DNA of 64,000 nt from Paraspadella gotoi (Eukaryota > Animalia > Chaetognatha): the NCBI GenBank assembly GCA_051294375.1, contig CM119269.1:17033143-17097142 (forward strand). Reading direction: 5' to 3'. Below, in pieces: positions 21,401 to 32,966 of this stretch. How positions within the stretch are numbered: the stretch's first letter is position 1; each line of letters begins with the position of its first letter. The notes beneath the pieces are model-generated. The model was not told the origin of the DNA. It did no database searches and worked only from the letters and a program-made list of their open reading frames with translations. The translations under genes were made by a program, and so were the position numbers.

Positions 21401-24400
21401 ATGTAAAAAATAATTGAATTATTTTTTCGAAATAATCTATTTAATAATTAAAAATTATTAGTCTCGTCTATCATATATTGGTTGTACCAATTTCATATTA
21501 ATATTCCATAATGATATTACGATAACGATATATCTTTAAACAATTTCTTATTTCATTTTAGATGTCAGTGTTCCGTATTACTCCTGTTCCGAATTACCCT
21601 GCACTACCCTATAAAAAAATATTTAAAACAATTTTCAATAAATGATTTATCTTTGCTTTGGATTACTTTATTTAAAAAGATCACTGGATGGCCAAATTTT
21701 GATAAAATTTATGCCAAACTTTTCATTTTTTAATTAACTTTTATATATTTTTAAATTTTTTTAAAAAATTAAAATGTACAGGGTGATTTTTAAACACTGA
21801 AATTAAGTGTCGCGGTTTTTTTGCACAGAACTGTATTTACCATCCATTCTCCATCCTGTTGACATTTCATTTCCTTCAAATATGCGAGAGATAGTTTAAA
21901 GTAACAATTTCTTCCTAAAACATTTAGAATTCCAATATGGTGTTTCATAATTTCCGTGATGCAATTATTGTCAGTTGGATTTTGTAAATCTTGAAAAGTA
22001 ATTTATCAGATTATTGCCTGCAAGTATTGTCATTATATTTTTATATAACTTGTTTTACCTTGTGTGATTGAATTTTTTGAGCGTGTTCTCCGATTAAAAA
22101 GTCTGACTAAGCTTGTTGGGGGCATTCCCGGACTGATAAAAGGTTGAGAATTTTGTGTAGACACCTATACAGGAGATTGAAGTACTTAAATTAAATGTTA
22201 TTTTGCATTTCGATTTAAATAGCTAGTAAGCTACATTGTAGTTTCAACTTAAATTTTAAAAGCTTACCTCAAAAACAGTAAGCACAGCAAAATAGACGAA
22301 AAAAATAACGATTAACGTCTCTTTCATCTTGATAATTTAACATTTACTCGCTTGAATGAATATATTGATGCCGAGGTTTGTATCGTTTTTGCAGCGCGAA
22401 GATTTTATTGCGAAAATATAAAGAGTTCTCCTTTTTCGTCGCGCGTTAAGAAACGCGTGAGCGGGATTCACATGGCGACGCGGATTATAACATGAAGATT
22501 TTTTTAAAAACGAAATTAAGTGTTTTAACGTTACGTCAAGCACAGACAGTATAATTATTTTACATTTTAATTATTAAATAATTGAGTTACAATGCTGACA
22601 CAAATCCTTAAAATGTTTTTTTCATGTTTGAGATATAAACTTAAATCATAACATATGAAAAAAAATATTGGTATTTGTCTAACTGCATAGTACCCGAATT
22701 AGAATAAACCAAAATTTTAAATGATTGCTAAATTGTTGTTTTGAAATATTTTACATATTACTACAAACTTATGTTAGGAGTCGACGTCGTTTTAGAGATC
22801 GAGGAAGATTTTTTCAATGGAGATTTTCGTTCAAATCTGACTACAAAACAATATAAACGGTCCTGGGAAAAGTTCCGATAAAACATTGATGTAAAAAGAC
22901 TCGATTCAGATCCTGTTGCATCTGAAGGGCTCGCATTTTTTTTTCTCTTTATGATTAACCATCATTTTGACATCAAACCATGAGATTTAAATGGACTGGT
23001 CTGCTCAGGAAAAAATTTTCATCTCAATTTTTCTATATAAAATAAAGGGATTTCTCAACTTCATTACAATGTAAACGCATTTAAGGCATGTTGTGATTTT
23101 ACAATAAACTTAGAATTCAGGAATCCGATAGCCATATGTCTGAAGGGCTCTCAAAATTTTTCTTTACATTTTATTTAGTTATTTTAATATGAAACGATCA
23201 TGGTAAAGTGAATTAGTCCATTTTGATGAAATTTTTATTTAAAGTAAAAGTAAAAAAGGAGCTTACTATCGGAATTCTAAGAGTTTTCAACAATTCTTCT
23301 ATGGCGAAAATCTTCCAAAGAAGGGGTGGATTTTCCGAAGATTTTGGTTAATATTTTCTATATTTATGATCGGATTTTTTTGAAACTTAACAATAGCAAT
23401 ATTGCCATCATTCTACATTGGCCGGTAAAAGAATATATTAAAAAAACCTCTGGCTTTTTTCGCAAGAGCTTAGTCCTCCTTATGTACAGTAGTCGGACAG
23501 CTTGAAATTTCTTCCTTTAACTTTTTGAAATTTTGTTTTAGTACGATATTGATTTTTTTTAAAATAATTTTCAAGGGGTTTTGTTGATTTTTTTTTTTAG
23601 AATGAGACTGTTTTGAAGGACAAAGCAGCGCTTCCACCTTGCAGTCCCAACCGAGAAACTGCGTTAGCCATCGCGGAGTCAGACCAACTAAACGAGGCAA
23701 CGAAAAAATCTGTCTTAGGTTCGTTCCTAAATCTCGCATTTGATTCAATCTCACTTGGTGAAAATTATTCTTGTTCTTTGTCAGAAGGTATCGTTAACGA
23801 CATTGACGATCCGCTTCGAGTGTCGACGCTCGATATCGATACAGAGTCGTCGCCCCGAATCGATCGAAAATCGACGGAGGTTCTGATCGAAAAAGATGGT
23901 GAGGGGCTAGAAAATTTGTGATGGGGGAAGTGATGGAGCGAGCATTCTTATTCATCGAAAAACCTTCCCAGTTTCTGAAAAGCCGCCGTTTCCCGCTCGT
24001 AAAGGAGCGTGGCTCGTCTCGTCGCCTTCATCTCGGGCGGAGATCGAGGATCGAATTCGCGAGATGGCGGACGCCCTCTTTTGGGCGCTCGAGAGTCGGC
24101 GACTCGACCTGGCGCTAGATCGTCAACCGGCGCTTCTCATGGCGCCGTTCGAGAAGAAAGAGTTCGTTGGCCTCGATTCTGATTCCAGGTTTCGAAGGTC
24201 GTATTCGTGAAGATAAGAATACGCAATAAATATTTAATTTTTTTTTTCTCTCGTAGAAATCATCGCCGTCGTTGTCAAGGACGTCATTATAAACAAGTCG
24301 GTGACCTTTGCTTGCAATCCGGTTTGACCCACGAAGCCATTAGAAATTATCAGGTAAATATTTCTGTTGCTTTTCAAGTACTTCAATCGTTTAGTGCCAT

Positions 24401-27400
24401 TCCTTCCCGCGGATCCATTAACCAAGTTGTCCCTGGACATCTTGCGCCATATCAACGACTTCCTTTGGATGGGCGCCGCCGAGGAGGGCGTCTCCGTGGC
24501 GTCGGCGATGCTTCACTATCGTCCCGTCGCCGCCGACGACGTCGTCCTCGTCCAGAGTCCCAAACTCGCCGACGCTTACGAAGCCGGAACCTCTGTCGGT
24601 CAACAGACACCGATGAAAGCGCCTTCCCAACTCCACAAAGTTTTGGCCCATCACAGATCAGGTGGTGGGGGTGAACGTCTTTGCCTTACCAGCTTTGATG
24701 CTGCTTGATGTTAATCTGGAAAAAAAAAAAAAAAAAATTTTCTGCGAGATGAAACTTAAAAACCTATGGTTGAGTTGAGTAGTAATTTCGCGGAACACGG
24801 CGACTTTCCTTTCGTAGTCGACGGGCTGGCCGACTCCGACTCGCCCACTTCCGTTCCCTCGTTTCACCCAGCCGTCTCGGCCGAGACGAAATCTTTTTTG
24901 CCCTCCCCTAGTCTTTTGCGACGGACGTTTAGACAAAATATTAGTTCTTTGCCCGGATCCTTAGGTATTTAATGTGGAGTATGTTTTGGTTTTTGTCGGG
25001 TCGCGTTCTCCACTTGTTTTTGTATCACCCTGTTCTGGTGAGAGTAAATAGTTTAATTTAGGTATTTGGATAAGTTTCTTTTATTGGCTTATGAGCTTTT
25101 TTTTTTTCATTTATTCAACTTACGGTGCACAATCAGCTTTGCATCCATTTTCAATGGTCCTTCCGTATTTCTGAATTGTGGTAATTGCTAACTGCTAATG
25201 TTGAAAGAGAGAGTACCGAGTGTTTCGAGATTAAATGTTAAAATAAAACTTTTCCCATAGTTTAGTACATTTTTGTTGACAATTTAGTATTCACCTTCAC
25301 TAATTCAGTTAACGCTTCTTAATAATTAATCAAAAAAAAACCAAAATATATAGCAAAAGAATAGTTTCAGGTGTATCGTCGATTGTCTTCAAATTGATTT
25401 ATTCTTCTTTACTGATATTTCAGGCAGCTACGGATCGTCCGTGGCTTCATCTGGCTCGACGAACAATTCCGACAGGTAAGCACATTCGTCGATGGGGTCT
25501 TCTTCGCGCACGTTTAAACCTGAAAACAATTCTTTCAGCAAAGAACTTGCAGGCAGCAACGGCAGTTTAACCGCCTCGACCGAGAGCGACTCCGCAACCA
25601 ACTTAGCAGTTACCGGCGCTGCAGCCAAACCTCTCGGTCCCCACGAGCTCATTGAAAGCTACAAAGAAGCCGTCATTCATTACAGGTGTTTAGCAACAAC
25701 AGCTTCTCGACCACTAGCTTTTGACTATTCGGTTTTTCTTTTCAGCAAATGTCGTCACGCTGGAATTATCGAGATGGAAGCCTCTATAAAAGCCACTCAA
25801 ATCCTTATTCTTCAAAAACGCTTTCTGCTCGCCCACGACTTTCTGCAGAATGTCATTTATATCAACCTTCAAGTTAGTTTTGAGTCTAATTAAAAATTTT
25901 TTAAACTTTGCCGACAATTCTGTTCTTAAAAACTAACTCCAGTTGAGTGACGAGGAAAAAATTTCGAGATACACGACTCTCTCCGATCTTTACGTTTCGA
26001 CTGGGTTTCATCGAAAGGCGGCCTTCTTTCGCCGGGTGGCTGCCATGCAGTGCGTGGCACCGACCAATCCAAGGCACGTATTCAGTTCCTCGTCTTTCTC
26101 TAAACTTTACTTTTTGCTTTCTACTATAATCTCCCTTAAAATGCTCGCAGACCGACTTGGCAGCAGTGTTTCGATCTTCTCTTGGAAACTATGAAAGGTT
26201 ACAAGTTTTCCCTCAATCCTCAAGAAAACAACGCCTCAGTTGGTTCGTCACTTTTTTATTTAATTTTACAAAACTGTTCTAAAATAATTTCTGCTATTCC
26301 TCCAATCCTAGGTTGGCCGATTTTGCAAAAGCGTCTGCTTCACGAACTCATATTTACGGCGAGAAAAATGGGTCAATTGTCGGTGGCGGCAAGGTGAGAT
26401 CTAGTGGGGAGAAGGAACAGTTGCGTACGGCCTCGATAGACTTTTCTTTCTTTTTTCTTTTATAGAATTTTGACTTTGTACCTCGAATGCCTCCACGGCA
26501 ATATGACGAGTGAGGAGATTTCCCAGATGGCGGATTTGCTGCAATCATATTCTCAAAGGAATTCTGCTGCGGCGCCTCAGTCGCTTTCGTTGGATTCGAA
26601 AGGTTTACTTTGAGATAACAGCGGAGACTCTTCGGGGTTGAAAATGATTAACTTAATCCCCGGTCATTCAACTAAGGCGACTACGTTGCTCCTCCTGTGT
26701 CACTGACTTGGATGCCGGAAGTCATAGACGTGATTCTTGTTCCGGCGAATCCCGACAAACTTCCCGTCACTCACGACAGCCAAAGTGGAAAAGGTTGGAC
26801 CATTCGATCATGCCCATTTTTAAAAAAAAAAATTTATTTCCCCCTGGTTTTCAAACTACAAACTCTTTTTGTTTCAGGTTTTCACCCAGGAATTTCGTCC
26901 CCCTTCATCTACTCTCCCCTCAATCTGCGGAGTCAGCAGCGACCGAACGATTCGAGTTCCCGGTCCAAGCGACGAGGCGGACGTGTGAGCGGCTCAGCGA
27001 TCGTCTGGGCCGCGGGAGACGAGTCCAGAGTTCGCGTGACTCTCCGCAACCCCGTCGACTTCGACCTCAGAGGTGGGCGGGGACGTCTTTAATATCTTTT
27101 TCCTTGGTAGCATTGCTCCTAATTTTTAATTTTTTCTCATCAGTGTCCAGAATGCGCCTGTCTGCATCCGGTTGCGGAGGATTTCTCGCCGAGATGAAGG
27201 AGGAGTGGACGGTTGTCCCTCGGTCCGGAGGTGTCGTGGATGTCTTTCTCGCGGCCAAGCCCAAAATCGTCGGCGAGTTGGTCGTTGACGGGATCGGCTT
27301 CGAGGTCTTCTTCCGATTTTTTTGATTTTTTTTTTTTTGATTGATTGATTGTTGAACGATTTTATATATTTCAACCCCATCAGTTGTTGGGTGTTTGGAA

Positions 27401-29675
27401 CGAGGTTTCTATCCTTGCAACTGCGGCGGCCTCTAAGCTCGATCTCCCTCTGACGGCGACGGTCGTGCCCCGACTCCCTTCACTTAATCTTGAGATCGAG
27501 ACTCGGACGGAAGTCAGCGTCGGCGGCGTCGAAGCAACCGGAAACGGTTTCAGTCAGGTGCGGGCGACAACGCCGTTAGATGTGAGCCCAGTGAAAAAAT
27601 AGTAAAATTCTTTCGATTGTCGTATCAAATTCATTTAGAAAATTTGTTAAACTAAAATACGGTAAAAATGTATTCATTTAAAAGCTTCATGAATTTGCCT
27701 TTTAAAATGGCTTTTTCCATATAATTTAGGCACAGAGATCGAAAGCCTCTTCACTGGCGATAATCGACGTCCTCGCCGGCCAATCCATCCACGCAGTCGT
27801 CAAAGTCTGTAATACTGGGTCGACTACGGTTGATTTGCTGGATGTTTCTTTCGAGCAGGCTGGTACAGGTAAGACCAGGGGAATACTGGAGACTCGCATT
27901 AATCAATATTAAAATTATTGTACTAAGACTCTTTGTTATTCCTGTTCAGTTCGATCTCGTCAAGCCGAATCGCGATTAAAGTCTAGCTTCGTCTGTGACG
28001 CCAAAGTCTTGCGCCAACGTTTGCCATTGGCGCCCGGCGCCGAGATAAAACTCCCGCTGACGATTCGTGGAGCCGTCGACACCGAAACCAGAATTGGGAC
28101 GGCGGAGGAATCTTCGAGGTGGGAAAAAAATGGTGGTTGATTAATGGGTGCGAGGAGGTGGAATGAAGTACCTTTTTTTTTTTAAATATTACCATCTCCC
28201 CCACTGGTCTCGCAGTGCCTCAGTGCCTACCATCACAGAGGCGCTACTCACATTCGTGTATTCCGGCGGCGAAGGGCTCGCCGCGGGATTCTGCCGCCAC
28301 GCCGCCGTCGCTTTTCGGCTAAACGTGCGTCCCTCGATCTCCGCGATGCGTTGGACGGCAACTCCAATTAAAGAAGCGGACGACACCGCGGAGGACGCAG
28401 CCGACGGAAAAGAACTTTTTCAAATGGCGCTGGAATTGAGGAACGTCAGCGATAGAGCGATGAGCGTTTGGGGAACGGGAAAAGACAAAAGCGACGCGAA
28501 CAAAAGTGAAATCAATCCTGGAGAAAATGCGGTGGGTGTGGCTGAAAAAGGAAACCAGAATAAAAATTAAAAATTAAGAGGGAAACTTGATGCCACGTGA
28601 AAGCAAAGTAAAAAAAATAATCTGTTAACATAAATTATATGAAATTCGATTTAAAAGTATTAAGTACATAAATTTGTATTGTGTTGTTGTTGTTGTTTTT
28701 TTTGTTTGTTTTTTTGTTTTGTTTTTTGTTTTTTTTCTCGTAAACAACATCGAAACGTTTTAATCGAAAGTTTCTCTAAATCCAGCACGTGACACTCCGC
28801 CTGCCGAAAGTTCGATTTCCTGACTTTCACGACATCAGCCTGGACGGGATCACCGCTCGACAGGCGCTGGAGGAGAGACGCCTTCAGTTCGCCCACTTCG
28901 TCGCCGATCTCGTCGACGTCCGGTGGAAGATCGATGACGACGACCTCAAAGTTGAAGGATTCGTCGCCTTTGGTGATTGAATTCCTTCATTTTTCATGTA
29001 GTTTTAACTAAAATTCTGAGGATTGTTTATTAGATTTTGTCTTTTTCCAGATCGCCTGATGTGGGACCAATCGAGTCTGTGCGCCATGAACAAGCCTCAC
29101 CTTCGATTCGATTGGACTCACCCGGCCACGCCCATACGTCGAGGGATAGTAACTACCATCCAACTTTCTCTCGTCCCCCACGACGTTGATGACATTTCGA
29201 GCGACACTTCCGTCACCGTCTTGAAAAACGTCCGACTCGATTTTCGGATCGTCGAGGACTCGAAAGAAAGTACTTCAGCCATCTTTGTCGGGACCAACGT
29301 ATTCAAACATTCCAAGGTTTGTTTTCTAAAGTCATTTGATGAAGATTTTTTTTTTTTTTTGTGACGAAATTTCGTTGTTTTTTCGCAGATTTGTTTGGAC
29401 CGAAACCCGATCGTGACTTCGGTCGATTTGGTTCCGCTGGGAAATTCTAATGACTCCATCGAAGTCTCCTGCGTTTGTTCTGCGACTGTAAAGGCAAGTA
29501 AACACTGTAAAAGCTGGCGCTGTCGCTAGTTTAATTAGTTGCGTATTTCTAATATTTCGCTTCATATATTGAAAAAAAGGACGCCATTTGCGATGTTGCA
29601 GAGGAAGCGGAGAAGACGGACGGTCGCTGTGCAACTTGGCGCATTCCATCGCAAATTCTTCGCGTCGAAAGTTGA
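15442..29675 (+). CDS. TRAPPC9: Trafficking protein particle complex subunit 9 (Trs120/NIBP), about 1420 aa, 28 coding exons: 15442-15522, 15636-15727, 17148-17318, 18580-18698, 18823-18944, 23601-23898, 23972-24188, 24257-24353, 24427-24661, 24818-24964, 25424-25475, 25539-25685, 25746-25872, 25943-26073, 26151-26242, 26312-26393, 26466-26602, 26677-26793, 26878-27072, 27144-27304, 27384-27557, 27730-27868, 27950-28118, 28216-28531, 28786-28972, 29051-29316, 29389-29493, 29580-29675
   Basis: Motifs [104 protein letters not shown] and SPFIYSP. Exon phases chain consistently. Exons 4-6, 10-11 and the last junction are less certain. Confidence 0.92.
16097..16725 (+). mobile_element. Helentron/DINE-1-like non-autonomous element (HINE) in TRAPPC9 intron 2
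   Basis: TTTTT-AGTCGGATCTG, nearby inverted CAGATCCCGACT, then CTCTATAA and a GTCGGTCC microsatellite. The 3' subterminal repeat CAGATCCGAC is at 16694-16703 and the element ends CTTGTTTT. Confidence 0.7.
18180..18540. repeat. About 22-bp tandem minisatellite in TRAPPC9 intron 3
   Basis: Units such as TCATCGCATCAATGAATGATTA grade into TCATTGCATCAATATTTGGTTA. Confidence 0.85.
19994..21833. mobile_element. Tc1/mariner-type MITE in TRAPPC9 intron 5, containing a nested element
   Basis: TA|CATTCATGTGCCAAAAAAACGCGCGACTTAA at the left and TTAAGTGTCGCGGTTTTTTTGCACAGAACTG|TA at the right form imperfect TIRs. Confidence 0.65.
20506..21609. mobile_element. Nested TA-flanked TIR element (pogo-like MITE)
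   Basis: TA|GGGTAGTGCGGGGTAATTCGGAAC ... GTTCCGAATTACCCTGCACTACCC|TA, with one mismatch. Subterminal GTGTTCCGT motifs are repeated inside. Confidence 0.75.
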
Positions 29676-30202
29676 TTTCTTTGCGTTTTTTTTTTTTAAC
29701 TAGTTTTCGTTTTAACTTGCGTCTTCTAGTCATCAAATACAAAAAAAATTGACTTGGAATTCATTTTCTGTGCCTCATTCTACGGCCACATACGGAGGGC
29801 TGAAATTGTAATCTGCACCATCTAGGAAACTCGATGTACGAGGTTTTCGTTTCAGCGATGCGAGTCGTAGTAAAACCATCGCATTTGAAGTGGGGGATAA
29901 AATTACAAAAAGAAAAAAAATTAAAGAAAAATACAAATCGAAGACAGAAAGATTTCGATCTTCATTCGTCGAGTTTGTACGTCGATCCTCTTTTTCGAAA
30001 GTTTAAAACAAAATGCCTCAAACTAATTTAATTTCCGCGTTCCTTTCTTCCCATACGAGATGAAAAAATAAGACTAAATGCAAATAAATAATTTAATACA
30101 AATTTCGCTACATTGTCATTCGTTGAGAAAAGTACAATAAGTAAAACAAAACAAAACTTTTGGCACAATTCTTTGGACATGATTTTGCAATATGTTGTCC
30201 CG

Positions 30203-32966
30203 CTAAGACAGCGAGCAGCCCCATCTGGATTGATCCGGGTAATGCGGGAAATAGCAGCGGAGATCTTGACCGAAGATCCAAAAAATACCCTCTTTTCCCT
30301 TGTAGCGGTACCGCACTTCGGTTACGGGCACAGCGGTCAGAGCGTGACGTTGTAACAGCGGGCGTTCGTACTCCATCAGAGCGGCATGCTCGTCCAACAG
30401 TTCCTGTAGTTGAAGGGGGGCAATAAACATCTAGGGCGAATTGCATAAAATTTCTCACGGCCTTGCTACACTGCCAGAATAACAACTCTGGGCAGGTGTG
30501 GGGGGCAGGGTTGTGACCGCAGACAGCGTGTGGAAATTAATACTCTTGTTTAATGCTCTTAACCCCTGCATAGCTACCTAGTTTATTCGGTAATCTCATA
30601 CATACCTGTCCAAAGTCAGGGGCAAGATAGCTTATTTATTAAATGAATGGATAATTTTATATTGGTTGTACCAATTTCATAAAATTCAGCTCCTTGTATT
30701 TGATGTTAGTGCGGAGTACAATAAGTATTCCCGATCTAATACTTAAGGGAGTGGTCTTTTCATACAATTGAAACATTCTTTGAAATATTATACCACTTCA
30801 TTGATAGGGAAGCCAGGTACTCTGGGAGTGAATAAACGAGACTGAGAGAGAGTCTTGATTGAAACCTTGCAGGGACCTGCTATGTCATTATCTTGTAAGA
30901 GTGATGGAGGCCTTAAACCACCAAAGCCTGTCCAAAGTCAGGGGCAAGATAGCTTATTTATTAAATGAATGGATAATTTTTTATATTGGTTGTACCAATT
31001 TCATAAGGGAATATAATTTGACTAAGGTCTTGTGATCGATTAGTATTGTTATTGTTAGTATTTTTTTTTTTTCGTGGTTAAGTGAACATAAATATTAAAG
31101 TAACCATCGTTAAAAAAAATTGAACCATAGAAACTTCGGTAACCGATCCTTTTTGTCTCACCTTGGATTTCGCTTCGACTTGCGGCGCAGAACGCCGGCG
31201 AATGTGCGTCACCGTTGTTCGAGTTTCTTCGAAGACGACGACTCCCGTTTCGCCGCGTAAAACTTCTGGCGGAATAGAAGACGTCTCGAAGGCGTGGTCG
31301 CTTTTGTGTACGTGGAAACTGATGCCGAGCATGACGCAGTATTTTAGCCGGCAACTTCCCCCGCATCCCTTGCACTTTTGTCTCCCGTCGCCTCCGCACG
31401 TGGCGCATTTCTTCTTGCCGCGGCCATGGCAGAAGGCGCACTTGGACCGGCGACCCTAGAGGTCGGAAGATATCGGTTAAGGATAAGGGGCAAGTAACAA
31501 TTTAGGTTAAGTTTTAACTTTCGCCGACCGCGGTTATGGCGGCTTTGGAAAAATTATTTAAAAATAATTAAAAAAGAAAATATTACTTAATTACCCTAAC
31601 CCCTCCCTAACCCTGGTCGGCGAATGTAAAAGTAACCCACAATTTTAAATCATCGCCTTCACGATCACACTTGCCTGCCTCGTTGTTCTCCCCGAACCGT
31701 GGCACTTGGTACACTTGACGTTCCTCTTGGCCTTGCACTTGACGCACTTTGCGGCGCCGCGTCCGCGGCACTGCACGCAGTTTCTCAACGACGCCGTGTG
31801 TGGCACTTCAACGTTGGAAGCGTGGGGTGTGAAGGCGGCGGGGGGTCGTGCGGGGATGGACCAAGGGTCGGGCGGATCTCCGTTCTCGGGCCCGTTGACC
31901 GACTGACCCTCGAATGGATCTGAGCTCCAGAACACCGTCCGCGATTCGGCGAACGATTCGACAAAGTAGTGCAGCGCTGGCGACGGGGTCACCGAGATAT
32001 ATCGCATCTTCTTTGCAGCCGCGGTGCCCCAGCAACGATTGCTCTTCACCATGAGGAGCACCGCTTTTCTGCAAGAAAAAGTAGCGAGAGAAAATTTTGG
32101 AGGTGGTGGATAGGCTAAATGTGAAGGAATGAGCGGGAAAAAAATTATTATGCTAAACAAACATGAAAGAAGCTAGAAGCTAGCATGAAAGAAATCTCAA
32201 CAATCATGGCTAAAAGTAATCAGCCCCTTGCCCTGCTCTGTGTTCAGCATTCGCACGACCGTTTTCATTGTTGAATTTTTTCTTCTCTGCGCTAGCCCCT
32301 CTACCGTTTGTCAACGACTACTAGTACTATGTACATAACACTATTAACAGTCCTACTAAATTCTAATCCTCAGTCTCTATAAACCTATTAAGTTTTATAC
32401 CTAATCGTCCTCTCGTCGGGCACGAGGTCGGGCACTTCCAGTCGCCTCCCGCCCGCCAAACCCTCCAGCGAGCTCTTCAGAACGGGCGGCGGTGGCGGCG
32501 GCGCGTTGGCGTATTCCAGTACGTAGTTCTCCAACGCCTCCGTCTGGCGTTCATCTTCGCTGTCGTACTCTTCCTCGTAGTCGTCGTCCTGCAGGAAACT
32601 CCCGTCGACGCAGCTGCTGCGACCGCTGCGCGATTCCAACGCCGCTTCGTCGTCGTCGTCGAAGTCGTCGTCATCCTCCTCCGCGTAACGACTTTCGAAG
32701 TCCGCGTTTTCCTCGTCCTCTTCCTCGCTGTTCAACGGCGCCATCTCCGCGAGCGTCGGCTCCGCCATCTTGCGTTCGCCTACGGAATTCCGCGCTCGGT
32801 CGAGGAGGTTCGAGTCGAATCTATTGAAGGTGGCGCCGTGGTCGAGTTGCTTCGTAGAGAACGTGACGTTTTTGACCGTGGATGCGGAAGAGTCACTGGC
32901 GGCGCTGTTGGGGTCGTCGTCGGCGTCGTCCTCTTGACGTCGAATGGCGGGAAAATGATTGTTCAT
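30203..32966 (-). CDS. SSUH2: SSUH2 homolog (DnaJ-type CxxCxGxG zinc fingers, C-terminal CaaX), about 484 aa; exons 32966-32401, 32068-31675, 31455-31162, 30403-30203
   Basis: Motifs CWGTAAAKKM, ESFAESRT, GPENGDPPDPWSI and VEVPHTAS. Six CxxC motifs, then LLQRHALTAVPVTEVRY and YPDQSRWGCSLS*. Exon phases are consistent. Confidence 0.88.
30815..31005 (+). repeat. Dispersed repeat ending in the hairpin ATTGGTTGTACCAAT; other copies or fragments at 30606-30680, 40478-40657, 1755-1783 plus 2539-2572, 3684-3698 and 21477-21491
   Basis: Directly alignable blocks CTCTGGGAGT.AATAAAC, AGAGTCT.GATTGAAA, GTCCAAAGTC.GGG.CAAGATA.CTTATTTATT and the terminal hairpin. Confidence 0.75.

Noticed and set aside
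25476-25538. In-frame TAA in TRAPPC9 suggesting readthrough or a pseudogene
   Set aside because: It lies within a canonical 63-nt GTAAGC...TTTCAG intron.
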